Shown in pieces: positions 36,594-49,954 of a stretch of DNA of 64,000 bases. This DNA is from Octopus sinensis (lineage: Eukaryota), in assembly GCF_006345805.1 (NCBI RefSeq), contig NC_043019.1, positions 1-64,000 of the forward strand. The letters run 5' to 3'. Numbering within the stretch: position 1 is the first letter of the stretch; every line of letters begins with the position of its first letter. Below the pieces are notes generated by a model, which saw only the letters and a list, made by a program, of their open reading frames with translations, ran no database searches and was not told the DNA's origin. The translations under genes were made by a program, and so were the position numbers.

Positions 36594-36957
36594 GCCGTAG
36601 GTGTGGCTGTGTGGTAAGTAGCTTGCTTACGAACCTCATGGTTCCGGGCTCAGTCCCACTTCGTGGCACCTTGGGCAAGTGTCTTCTACTATAGCCTCGG
36701 GCCAACCAAAGCATTGTAAGTGCATTTGGTAGACGGAAACTGAAAGAAGCCCTTCATATATATATATATATGTGTGTGTGTGTGGTGTGTGTGTGTATGT
36801 GTGCGTGTGTGTTGCTCCCCCAACATCGCTTGACAACCGATGCTGGCGTGTTTACGTCCCCGTAACATAGCGGCTCGGCAAAAGAGAACGATAGACTAAG
36901 TACTAAGCTTACAAGGAATAAGTCCTGGAGTCTATTTGCTCGACTGAAGGCGGTGTC
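36594..36957 (+). mobile_element. SINE family A
   Basis: Head, spacer and most of the 3' half. Confidence 0.85.
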
Positions 36958-36959
36958 CA

Positions 36960-37146
36960 TATGAAAAATATGATGGTAAATTTTTTTAAAATCGTAGACT
37001 CATCGTAGACGCACGCTAATACCCAGAAGGGCTCGATATGATCACGACTATAAGATACCCGCTTTTGGTTAAACTGCACCGCAAAATGTGGGAGTAGTAG
37101 GAATCTAAATCGTAGGAGACAGACACACAACTTCACTCTTATATAA
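36960..37146 (-). mobile_element. Helitron 5' fragment (same family as 33781-34625)
   Basis: Shares AAATCGTAGACTCATCGTAGACG...GGAATCTAAATCG and ends ATATAAAGA|T (5' TC). Confidence 0.8.
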
Positions 37147-38031
37147 AGATGCTTTTTTTTTTTCAGTCATAGAGTTAGATTTATGAAGGTCTTCAGTAGA
37201 AAATCCTTCGAATTCTGACTCGCTGCTTGATATAATGAAATTCGTATCCATTTTTTGTCAGAATTAAAAATTTTGAAAACACAATAGGAACAAATTTCGG
37301 AAAAAAATCTTCCATAATTCACGGAATTAAAATTACACTTCGATTTTTGTACAAAAACTGTAGTTGAAGTGTTTACGAAGTATAATACGTGTTTTCACGA
37401 ATGTACTAAAGAGATTGCTCTGATATTCTCATTTAAATATGAATAGGTAAATTCGGGCGGCTTGGTAACTTATATGTGTCGTCTGTTTATACATAAACAC
37501 TGTTTCATACTGAAATTATATATACATATATCTATATATAAATTATATAATAAAATATATACAGAGTAAAATAAAAACCAATTTACCTTTTCTGTCCTCC
37601 GTGTGTTTTTGCAAATGTGTTGGAATGATAAGTGAGTTGTGTTTTTGCGCCTTTTTTACGAATAACAAACACACAGGGTTTGTATGTAGTTGTATGTGTA
37701 TGTAGTTGTATGTAGTTGTATATGTATGTGTATGCGTGTGTGTGAGGAATGACACCACACACTCACGCACGCACACATGTACATCAATGCTTTCGGAGTG
37801 ATATGTTAAAATATTGAGTTTTCTCGAATTTTGTCTTAATTGGGGGGTGAAATTGAAAGAAATATATTATGGCATGAGCGAATGGAGTACTTTGAAAAAT
37901 CTAGGTAAATTCTAATTGAAGAAGTTGTGTGAGGATTAAATGGTTATGTATTTATTTGTTTCTGTTTGCTGTGTTTTTTTATTTTTTGAGTAGTGGTTTA
38001 AACACTTTCAGTTTAGTCTTGCTCAAATCAC

Positions 38032-38750
38032 AAACGTGTGCCATTGCATTGTTTTGGGGGAACCAAATTTCTGATGAGCATTATAGGGGCACTAACTTTA
38101 AGTTTGAGAAAGTGTGGTGGTAGTCCGGGGTGCTCAAGGAATTGAGTACCTCTATTGGATAGTTGATGACGTCCTCTGGGTCAGGAGTTGTATCGATAGA
38201 CTGATATACATCGACTTCCCCAGGAATGAGTTTTAGCATTTCATCATTAATATGGTGAACAGTTTTATTCCTCGGGGCCAGTATAGCCTTTTTGCCAATC
38301 CAATCCATATTCTGATAATTAGCTTGTAAATCTGGGAACACTGCATCTCTGAGATCAGAAGGCGTCTTAACAATGGTACAAATGGAATCGATGGCAATAT
38401 TACCATTTTCATCCCCTGGTATTTTGCCTTCGCCAAGTGCAAGGAGAGTGTGAGGAAATGCTGGTGATGTGATATTACGTCGCATATGAGCACGCATATT
38501 GGTGTGAAGTTTGAGAGTTACTTCCGTTTATTTTTAAAATATGCATTATTAAAATGGAAAAAAATGATGGTAAATTATTTGTAAAATCATAGACTCATCG
38601 TAGACGCGCGCTAATACCCAGAAGGGCTCGATATGAATCACGACTATAAGATACCCGGTTTTGGTTAAACTGCATCGCAAAATGTGGGAGTAGTTAGGAA
38701 TCTAAATCGGAGTAGACAGACACACAACCTTTCTTTTATATATAAATACA
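38032..38750 (-). mobile_element. Second Helitron copy with PIF1-like fragment, 3' terminus missing
   Basis: Near-identical to 33910-34625, including the same internal junction. Confidence 0.88.
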
Positions 38751-39386
38751 TACATACACACACACATACATACACACACAACACATACATGCATACATAC
38801 ATATACACATAAACCGAGTAAAAAATTTCAGTTATCTCTCTCTTTCACACATTACTCTCTCTGTCTCTTCACACACACTAACAGAAGCACTTCACTTACA
38901 CAACCTGTCTGTCTCCCACACTCCATCAAACACACACACACATGTACATCAATGAGTCCCATGCACGGTAACTTCAAAGGAACTTCCCTCGTCATACAAT
39001 CGCTTTCTCTTAGTCTCTTTCGCTCTCATTACTTATGTAAAAAAATAAAAGTTTTTTCTATGTGTGTAAAGAGGAAGTGGGAGGCAGAGTGAAAGAATCA
39101 CTCACTATAGTAAGTGAATTACTTTCATTTTATTCCTTGCCCACTGTGTGTATGCGTTTGCGTGTGGTGTAAACCAGACTAAGAAAAGCATTTGACACAC
39201 ACACCAGAATGTGAGTTTTCTGTAAATTTTGCTTAATTGGAGTTTAAATTTTAAAAACTGGACCTGGCATGACGCGATGCATTGTACTCTTAAAACTGCT
39301 AGGTAAATTGTAATTGAAGAAATCCTATATTGTAGATTTGTATAACTCCCAAAGGGAGGCAGATAAAATCTGCCTTTTATAATAAG

Positions 39387-39420
<34 letters not shown>

Positions 39421-39429
39421 TGCCTTCAC

Positions 39430-41085
39430 TCATACATACACACATACCTACATACAGACACAAAAACACACAGACACACCCCACTAATACACATACACCT
39501 ATACACACACGCCTACACACATACATACACACAATATAAACACACACACATACACATACGCACACACATATACTTACACACACATGCACACACACACACA
39601 CATACATACATACATACACCCATACACATACACACACAATACTTACATACTCCTATACGCACATACATACACACAGACATATACACATACACACTCACAC
39701 ATACACACACACCCACATACTTACACACACACTCGCCTGCACGCGCACACACATGCATGACACACACCCATACACTCACACTCACATACACACACACCAA
39801 CATATACACGCACACGCACACACACACCTACACTCCCACACACATACATACACACACACACGCAAAACTACGCACACACACGCATACATACATATATTAC
39901 ATACGTACACACACACCTACATACACTCATACCCTCACCCATACATACACACATACATACACACACACACACAAACATACACGGACACACCCATACATAC
40001 ATACACACATACTCCTATACACACACGCCTACACACCTACATACACACATATGCATACACACACACACATGTACGCACATACACACACATACATATATAC
40101 TTACACACATGCACACACACACACATACATACGCACATGCATGCATGCATGCACATGCGCACACCTACACGCACGTACGCATACATGCATACACACACAC
40201 GCACGCATACATACATACATACACCCACACACATCCAGTACACACAGACATACACACTCACACATACATACATACACACACACTTACTCACACACTTGCA
40301 TGCATGCGCACACATGCACATACACACACTTCCACATACACACGTACATACATACACACTCATACACATACACACACATACACACGGACATACATCTATA
40401 CACACACATACTTACACACATTCAATCGGACACACTGACACCCAGACATACACACAGACACACTCACACATCCACACACACACATACTTACGCACACACT
40501 CGCAGGCGCGCGCACATACATGCATGTGCGCGTTCGCGCACGCATACACGCATGCATGCACCACGCCCGTGGGTTCCGACTAGATCTCTTGTTCGTGTCT
40601 GGGGCCGGCGTGTTTCTTGGGTTTCTCTTACGCCCGTCACCGCGGGAGCACTTTTCCATCTTTCCCTCAGTTGCAGTTTGTTTCCTTGCATGCTTATATA
40701 TACACACACATATAATACCCCCACCTTTTGTACACACACACACACACATACATACACTCACTCCCACGCACTCACACACACACATTTGCATATATATATA
40801 CAATACACTTACACACACTTCAAATTTACTTGCCATACATACAACTACGCACACTGGACACACACACACTACTCTCAACACGCACACGGCACGTACATAC
40901 GCCCCCACCCATTCCCTCCCTCTTCCTTTTACCACTGACCACTGACTTGCGACTGCTATGTCAACTACCTTTCGCCCTTCGTACACACACTTACATACAG
41001 ACGCACGCACTAACATATACATAAATTTTTTTATCTCGCCTTACACACACATACACACACGCACACGTACACACTCACACATACA
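39430..41085. repeat. Long (CA)/(TACA) mosaic microsatellite region
   Basis: About 1.6 kb of low-complexity sequence with one unique island at 40490-40700. Confidence 0.93.
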
Positions 41086-41089
41086 TCGA

Positions 41090-41379
41090 GTTGTTACCAA
41101 CCTTCCTTTTTCCGCTCTTCTGTCTTTAAAAACCAACCCCTGTTATCCAAAACTTCCGGCCTTTCAGCATGTTTACTTCGTAAAAACCAGTCGCGTTTTT
41201 TTCCCTCCGTTCGCCCACCTCGGGATCTTTCTTTCTTCCTTCTCTTATGTTTCCGACGAAGAGCTCCGCTCGAAACGTCATACTCTCCTTCTTCCCTCTT
41301 TCCTGAGCGCCTAATAATAATACTTTAATTGTTCCACGTGTTGTTGTTTTTCTGTTTTCCCGTTTGGATTAACCTTATA

Positions 41380-41390
<11 letters not shown>
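41090..41390 (+). mobile_element. Penelope-type tail with degenerate hammerhead-like motif (paralogue at 45050-45270, -)
   Basis: CCGACGA-A-GAGC(TCC)GCTC-GAAACGTC. The core and stem I are imperfect. Confidence 0.5.
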
Positions 41391-41427
<37 letters not shown>

Positions 41428-41536
41428 TGGGACAATGTTTTTGGTATCGTCTATCTGGATGTTTTGTTGCCCTTTTTGTATCACCTAGTTGCCCAGATGT
41501 TTTGCGTTCTAGTCCCCTTTTGTATCATATATATAT

Positions 41537-41579
<43 letters not shown>

Positions 41580-41580
<1 letters not shown>

Positions 41581-42245
41581 CAATAATAACAAAGGGTAAA
41601 ATTAATTTATTAAGAAGTAATCAATAATTTCACCAAGTAGAATTCGGTAGGAAAAAAGACCACTTCACGGTAAATTTAAGTAATACTTTATAATTACGGT
41701 CCGGCAAAGATTTGCTTTACCACATACCGAAGTTTAGAAATAGCAGTCAAAAAACCTTAGCTATTTCTTCTACTTTAAAAAGGGACTCCCAGAAAAACCA
41801 AAATACTTGAAAACAATCCACGCAGGCAGAGAGGAAAAATAACAAAAATCAATCCATATCTGGTTACCCATGTACGCGCGTTTCGGAATTAGATCGGTAT
41901 AAAGAATATAGAATTATACTTTACCCAACCATTTTCGTTCATCAGCATGGAATTCCAACAATATTAAATATTAAATATTAAATATTAAATTCGAAGGCAC
42001 TGGAAGAATTGAATATATCTCTCCACCTAACGGTATCAGACAGATCATATTTAGTGCTAGTGCTGCCGAATTCAAAATACGAATGAGGTTCATTACCTTC
42101 CCCTGCCCATTAGCGCGTGTCGCCAGGTAAGATGCCACAGAAAAAAACTTTAGTTTGTTTTCAGGGAGAAAAATTCTATTATCAATAATAACAAAAGGTA
42201 AAATTAATTAATTAAGAAGTAATCAATAATTTCACCAAGTAGATT
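41580..42245 (-). mobile_element. Penelope-type pseudo-LTR fragment with about 60-bp terminal direct repeats
   Basis: AATAATAACAAA.GGTAAAATTAATT.ATTAAGAAGTAATCAATAATTTCACCAAGTAG occurs at 41582 and 42184, and a hammerhead lies between them. Confidence 0.65.
41868..41950 (-). ncRNA. Minimal type I hammerhead motif (mirror at 62433-62515, +)
   Basis: CCATG-CTGATGA-[long stem II]-GAAA-C(GCGC)G-TA-CATGG. Stem I is a perfect 5 bp with a GUA site; the stem II base is imperfect. Confidence 0.7.
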
Positions 42246-42254
42246 TATAAAGTA

Positions 42255-42649
42255 CTAGCAGTATCGCCCGGCGTTGCTCGGGTTTGTAAGGGAAATAACT
42301 ATACAGCATTTTTAGAGAGTTATAGCAAAAAAATAGCAAAAAAAATGCATTAAAAATGGAAAAAATATGATGGTAAATTTTTTAAAAGATTGTTAACTCA
42401 TCGTAGACATTTTTAGAGAGTTACTCCCCATTAAAAAAATATGCATTAAAATGGAAAAAAATGATGGTAAATTATTTTTAAAATCGTAGACTCATCGTAG
42501 ACGCTTGCTAATACCCAGAAGGGCTCGATATGAATCACGACTATAAGATACCCGGTTTTGGTTAAACTGCACCGCAAAATGTGGGAGTAGTTAGGAATCT
42601 AAATCGAAGGGGACAGACACTCACACAACTACAGTTTTATATATAAAGA
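42255..42649 (-). mobile_element. Complete non-autonomous Helitron (about 395 bp)
   Basis: 5' A|TCTTTATATATAAAA and a 3' hairpin CCCGAGCAACGCCGGG plus CTAG|T. Confidence 0.9.
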
Positions 42650-43269
42650 TATATGCATACATATATATATATATAATATCAATAATCCTTGGGTGGAATT
42701 TATAAATGTTTAATGCATCGCTATGCACGTTTCCACAAACCACTTGACTCTTAAGATCACAGACCGCATTCCAGGAATGATTACTGCGTAGTCCTTAGTA
42801 TCTGTGGCCATCCAGTTGATTAATCATCATTGATTCATTTGAATCAACCCATTCATATGCAACCCGTATTGGCACTACACTTTGTGCGTCGACATGTCTC
42901 TATGTCTGTGAGGAGTCGTACAAGCCACAGTGGACCTACAATTTTGCACAAGCATTACTGACATTTTGCATGGACATTGTTACTTAATTATTCTGAGTAC
43001 ACAATGTTCTATCATTTGTATGTGTGTGTATGTGTATATATATGTTCCAAAGATTTTGAACTTTTTCAAATATTCGACACCGTAGTTTTGAAAGTTGAAG
43101 TGATTTACAGAAATTTTGTTCTAGAAATTAAATAATAAAACATATTACAACTAATGATTGTGTTGGAGGCTTCTACTTCGCTAAAAATACATAGATTTAA
43201 ATGCTTGAAACTCTTCTATTATAAATTTGTAAAAAAATTTTTTTAAAATCAATTTCGTAACCCCACTGC

Positions 43270-43620
43270 GGAGCGCTTTATCAATTGCATGAAATGGAAA
43301 ATATTCCAACAGCGTAACGTAAACAATGCTGGCATCTACCTTAAAATTCCCCCAAGGGTTGGTCTTCGTGTTACCCGTCCCCCTACAAAAATCATGCTCG
43401 CATCACATTACATTGAAATAGAAACATTTCACCTCAACGGGCCCTGCTCTCTTTATAGCATCATGCTAAGGTACATAAGAAACGAAAAAGATCATCTAAA
43501 TGGTTCGTGAATGAATATCTCCAACAAATTCCAGGTAAACCACCCACATCCGATATATATCTTTGCAAACAAATTATTCAGAACTCGAATGCGGTCTGCT
43601 GCCCAAAGAATATTTGTGAT
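43270..43620 (+). mobile_element. Degenerate CR1/Jockey-group LINE 3' fragment
   Basis: WKIFQQ...PPRVG...TFHLNGPCSLYSIMLRYIRNEKD and EYLQQIPGKP resemble the C-terminus of CR1/Jockey-type ORF2. Confidence 0.5.
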
Positions 43621-43734
43621 ATGAAACATCATTTAAAGGACTTTTCCTGGTAGTACCATCAAGTTCTTCATGGCCTGGGCCATTCTGGCCGTAACTTATC
43701 TAAGTCTCTAAGTATGTATATATATATTATATAT

Positions 43735-43813
<79 letters not shown>

Positions 43814-44888
43814 CATTTGAGTAGACAATTTGAAAAACAAAAGTAAAAATCATTTGGTGAAAATTTAAAACTCTGCAAATGGTTGTCGGTGATAGAAAAT
43901 AATCCTCTTATCGTCTACTGTGTCTAATCATCTAAAAATAAATAAATTAGTTAATGAAATAATAGAGAGACAGAGATAGAGATGCAGAGAGAGAGAGAGA
44001 GAGATAAATTATAAAGAGAAAACAACGTTATCAGTGTTTAAGATGCGTACTTTAGAGACAGGAGTAAGTTTATAATCGACGAAAACCCCTTTTTGGTACT
44101 GCTCTACTATGAGTTGAAGCAATTAAAAAGAATACTTAACAAATTAAACAGAGAATAAACGACATATCGCGTGTGTAAGCGAGTTTAATCGTCGAAATTT
44201 TCTCTATATGAAAGCAATCGTCGTATTAATAGAATCATTGTTTGACGTACATCTTCCCACGGCTGACTAAATTATTGCCATTCGCTGCCAGTCGTTCGGC
44301 AACATAATGTAGGAGTTTGTTAGAGGCTGAGGGTGGCAATGTGTTCTGAGTGGTGGTGTCAGGTGACTTACCAATATGCTGAATATTCATAAATTACAAG
44401 AACAACACCTAAAATACGATTAAACTGATGGACTAAATATAAATGTCTTAAGGTTGAACGCCATGAATTCAGACCTTTTGGCTGTGTGTGTGTGTGTGTT
44501 GTTAATCCGTCGACTGCCTTCATACAGAGAGGTTTTCAAAAATAAAACTCAACACATACGGTACATCGTTTATTTCATGTCTATTTTATAGAAACAATTA
44601 TAAGACTAATTAAACAAAACCGATACAGAATATACGGTATGTGTATAACGATTTTAATCTTCGAAAGCTTTTTTTCCACGTTAGGCGTTCGTCAGATTAG
44701 CAACGATATCATTGGTTGACGTATATCTCACCTGACTGACTGCTAAACCATAGCCATTCGCTGCCAACTGTTCGGCAACACGAAGTAGGAGTTGGTTAGA
44801 GGATGAGAAAGTAGAGTGGAGTGTGCTTTGAGGAATGGTGTGAGAAGACTTTGCAATACATTGAATATAGGTCAATTATAATAAGACC

Positions 44889-44919
<31 letters not shown>

Positions 44920-44920
44920 T

Positions 44921-44981
<61 letters not shown>

Positions 44982-45264
44982 ATATATTAAGAACCGGTGT
45001 TGGTGTGTTTACGTTCCCGTAACATACATACATACATACAAATATACATAAGTTAATCTAAACAAGAAAACAAAAAAAAAACACAACAACGCGAGGACGT
45101 GGAACAAATATAGTATTATTGGACGCTCAGGAAAGAAGGAAAGAAGGAGGGCTTAACGTTTCGAGCGGAGTTCTTCGTTGGAAACATAGGAGAAGGAAAG
45201 ATCCAGAGAAGGGAAGACAGAGGGAAAAAAATCGCCAACGGTACACACGAGGTCACATTTTACA

Positions 45265-45652
45265 ATATACATACATACATTCATACATGCGTGCATACAT
45301 ACATACATACTTACGTATATACATACATACATACATACACACATACATACATACATACATACATACATACATACATACATACATACATACATACGTATAT
45401 ACATACATACATACATACAAACATACATACGTATATACATACATACATACATACATACATACATACGTATATACATACATACATACATACATACATACAT
45501 ACATACATACATACATACATACATACATACATACATACGTATATACATACATACATACATACATACATACATACATACATACATACATACATACATACAT
45601 ACGTATATACATACATACATACATACATACATACATACATACATACATACAT
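45265..45652. repeat. (TACA)n microsatellite
   Basis: About 390 bp array. Confidence 0.97.
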
Positions 45653-45938
45653 CTATATCGAAAGGTCAGAATTCATGGCATATCCTCTCGATCGTATTTT
45701 AGGTGTTGTTCTTATATTTATCAATGTATAGCTAAGCCTCCTCACACCACACCTCAAAGTACATCCCACTCTCCTTTCTCACCGCCTCTAACGAACTCCC
45801 CGCTTTTGTTGCTGAACACTTGGCAGCGAATGGCGGTAGCTTAGTAGTTAGTAGACAGCAGTGGGAAGCGTGCGTCAACCAATGATATTGCTGCTGATCT
45901 GATGACTACTTTGTGTATAGGAAGGTATAGGAAGGTAG

Positions 45939-46346
45939 TACTCTTTTACTTGTTTCAGTCATTTGATTGCGGCCATGCTGGAGCACCGCATTTAGTCGAG
46001 CAAATTGACCCCAGGACTTATTCTTTGTAAGCCCAGTACTTATTCTATCGGGATTTTTTTTACCGAAACGCTAATTCACGGAGACGTAAACACACCACCA
46101 TCGGTTGTCAAGCGATGTTGGGGGGAGGGCAAATACAGACACAGACACATACACACACACACACACATATATATATTTACATATATACGACAGGCTTCTT
46201 TCAGTTTCCGTCTACCAAATCCACTCACAAGGCTTTGGTCAGCCTGTGGCTATAGTAGATGACACTTGCCCAAGGTGCCACGCAGTGGGACTGAACCTGG
46301 AACCATGTGGTTGGTAAGCAAGCTACTTACCACACAGCCACTCCTA
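45939..46346 (-). mobile_element. SINE family A, full copy (mirror at 58037-58445)
   Basis: Near-consensus match. Confidence 0.88.
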
Positions 46347-46379
46347 CGTCTATGTAGTCATCATATTTACAACAATGTG

Positions 46380-46853
46380 TACACACACACATACACACAC
46401 ACACGCACGCACAAACACACACACACATACACACACACACGCACGCACAAACACACACACACATACACACACACACGCACGCACAACACACACACGCATA
46501 CACACACACACGCACGCACAAACACACACACACATACACACACACACGCACGCACAAACACACACACACATACACACACACACGCACGCACAAACACACA
46601 CACGCATACACACACACACAAAGCACACACATACACACACACATACACACACACACGCACGCACAAACACACACACACATACACACACCACACGCACGCA
46701 CAAACACACACACACATACACACACACACGCACGCACAAACACACACACACATACACACACACACGCACGCACAAACACACACACACATACACACACACA
46801 CGCACGCACAAACACACACACACACACCACACACCACACACACACACACACAT
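46380..46853. repeat. CA-derived higher-order minisatellite (about 32-36 bp unit containing CGCACGCACAAA)
   Basis: CACACACACGCACGCACAAACACACACACATA recurs regularly. Confidence 0.9.
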
Positions 46854-48310
46854 CTACATCCAAAGTCATCTCGCACCATTCCTCAAAGCATATCCCACCA
46901 TACCTTTTCATCCTCTAACCAACTCCTACTTCGTGTTGCCGAACAGTTGGCAGCGAATGGCTATGGTTTTTAGCAGTCAGTCAGGTGAGATACGTCAACC
47001 AATGATATCGTCGCTAATCTGACGAACGCCTAACGTGGAAAAAAAAGCTTTCGAAGATTAATCTTAATATCGGTATTAGTCTATATCTAATTACATAAAT
47101 ATTTAAATATAACTAATATATATAAATTATCAATGAAAATATATAAATGTATATAAATATTAAGATCTAAAATAATCTCTATAAATAAATATATATGCAC
47201 ATATAATAAAAACCTAATAAATTAATTTTTCATATTTAAAGATGAAATAGCTAATTTCAAAATACAAATAAACGAACTTTCGGAAATATTATGTAAAATA
47301 CTTATAGAAATAATCAATTCGTAGTAATATAGTATCGAATAAATACTATAAATACTATAAATATAATTATCAATGGGAATAACTGGCGAATATCAATTTA
47401 AAGAAATAACTAAGTTATGCTATTAAATTAGACATGGCCTGGACCAATCTTTAGTCGAAACATATCTAAGTTTATCAAAGTTTATCTAATTTAATTATAA
47501 ATTTAAAACTACAATTAATACTATTAAAACATGTATATACAAAAGCCTTACTTAATACACCTCTTATGCTTGCTATCAAATAACAAATCTATCGCTAAGT
47601 AGTATCTTACGAATAAACTTAAATTTAATATCTAATAATATAGAAAATTACGATAATTAGATCATTACATAAACAACGATATTTACATAAGGAGAATATT
47701 ATTACACCAAAGACATATACAATATTAAAATTTACAATTTGAAGATCTTTATCCAATGTAACTATTTAAAAATATTTCGTGTTTGGATTTGGTTTGCAAG
47801 ATTCTTTATGTGAGTTCGTGTGTTGAAGCATATTCTGTTGTGTCTGGGGAGAGTCATTTTCTTTTTGTGCTTTTATATTTTAAAATAGTTACATTGGATA
47901 ATAATAGAATTAATAACACCTTCGCAAATTAATTTTTCGTGAATTATTTTTCTCGTAAATTTGTATCGAGATTATTTTACACTGGTAGCTGCTGTGATTT
48001 CGGCGCAAAACGAATCAGTTGCTGTACAGACTTCAAAACGATGGTTGGTAATCTCTAATCATGGTAACGCGTGTTGAAGAAGCTAAGGCTTATTTTGCCG
48101 GTGCAGAAACCGGTCCACGTGAGTCCAGATACTTAAATGTACGTTAGTAGATTGTCTTAATCTGATTTTGCCTTCGTTTGATTTCTGTAGTAGTCGTCAG
48201 TGTATTTTGGGCGATTTAATAAGAGTTTTGACTGTTATTTCAAGCAGGTAGACATATTTACTATGACCTTTGATTAATTATATACATACATATACATACA
48301 TATATATATA

Positions 48311-48361
<51 letters not shown>

Positions 48362-48454
48362 TATATATAGGCATACATACTTGTATGCAAGTATGTATGT
48401 ATGTATGTATGTTGTATGTATGTATGTATGTATGTATGTATGTATGTATGAATG

Positions 48455-48807
48455 TATGCAATTTTTACCATTAAGACTATTCTGCAGAGACCTGAATAAG
48501 TGGAAATCCGAAGGAGCAATATCTGGTGAATGGAGGGTGGGGTAATACATCCCAGCCGAGCTGCAGCAATTTTTGTCTGGCTCCCAATGCATCAAGTGCC
48601 GAAAAGGAACTTTCTTATCTTCCATTGTAAAGGGTTACATAATTAACAAAGGTTATAGGAACATAAACCTTCTTCCACGAAAAGATAGCTTAAACTGTGC
48701 TCTAAATGGAGGTGTAGTCAAATCATATTTTGTGAACTCAACCATGTTCTAAAATAAGTCGAAATGTACACTACTATAAATCGGCACGAACTTTCTGGAC
48801 AACCCAA
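48455..48807 (-). mobile_element. Mariner deletion derivative (same family and deletion junction as 15081-15646), one TIR
   Basis: TIR AAATCGGCACGAACTTTCTGGACAACCCAA|TA and the [21 protein letters not shown] motif. Mirror at 55580-55930. Confidence 0.88.
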
Positions 48808-48927
48808 TATGTATAAAACTGTCTGGCAACGACGGCTATTCAGCTAGTATGTATGTATGTATGTATGTATGTATGTATGTATGTATGTATGTATGTATGT
48901 ATGTATGTATATCTATATCTATATCTA

Positions 48928-48983
<56 letters not shown>

Positions 48984-49954
48984 ATCTATCTATCTATCTA
49001 TCTATCTATACATAGAAGTAGAAAGTTAGATAAATTCAATGATGCTTGATGGATATTCACAAGGAGCACAAAATACTGGATAAAAATAAAGAAAAGATAT
49101 GAATAGAAATCTTTTATTTCAACAGCTGTTTCAGGAAAGCAAGAATTATGTGATGACCGTAATTGCCAGGCGATATGTGTTACAGGTATATAGCCATTAA
49201 CCAGTCAGATGAAATTGTCATAAGTCCGGATTATCTCAACAGAGGATTAGGAAATGCGTTGTGTATGCCGTTAGTCAGTTTTATTTCAAGATTTCTTGCC
49301 AATTGAGAAAGACCTCGTTTCTAACCTTGATCCAATTGTAATTTCAACATCAACAACAGGGTATTTTTATTTGTATGTATCTATGTATAGGTGGATATTT
49401 GCATGTTTTGTTTTTCTGTAAATATTCTCAAGCACATAGTTGCATATCTAGACATGCTCATATACATTTAGATGATAAACTTCTGGAAAGTTTTACAGAT
49501 TTTTACAGTTCCAGTGATGGATTGGATCTGTAGTCTTCGAATTAGCTTTCTCCTTTCGGGTTTTGAGAAGCCTAGTTTGTCAAGATTGGTAACGTGTTTG
49601 GTAACAGTGCTCCAATAATTACAAGCATAAACCTGAACTTGTAATCTGGATTGAGTGTGTATGTATGTATGTATGTATGTATGTATGTATGTATGTATGT
49701 ATGTGGGTGTGTATGTATGTATGTATGTATGTATGGTTGTATGTATGTATGTATACTTGTATGTATGTATGTATGTATGTGGGTGGGTGTGTATGTATGT
49801 ATGTATGTATGTATATATGTTTGTGTGTATGTATGTATGCTTGTATGTATGTATGTATGTATGTGGGTGTGTATGTATGTATGTATGTATGTATGTATGT
49901 ATGTATGTATGTGTGTGTGTGTGTGCGTGTGTGTATGTATGATGTATGGATGTA

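Larger units (their letters stand above)
44215..47060. repeat. Unclassified 200-280 bp module in four diverged copies (44215-44480 -, 44640-44880 -, 45660-45910 +, 46855-47060 +)
   Basis: The shared core is CCTCTAAC.AACTCC...GTTGCYGAAC.(3-4).TGGCAGCGAATGGC...RCGTCAA.CAATGAT. Confidence 0.8.

Noticed and set aside
45150-45190. Hammerhead-like motif CCAACGA...GAAACGTT (-)
   Set aside because: The essential G5 is mutated, so it is treated as a dead copy.
49110-49230. GAAAC-AGCT-GTT motif on the - strand
   Set aside because: No correctly spaced CUGANGA core adjacent to stem I.
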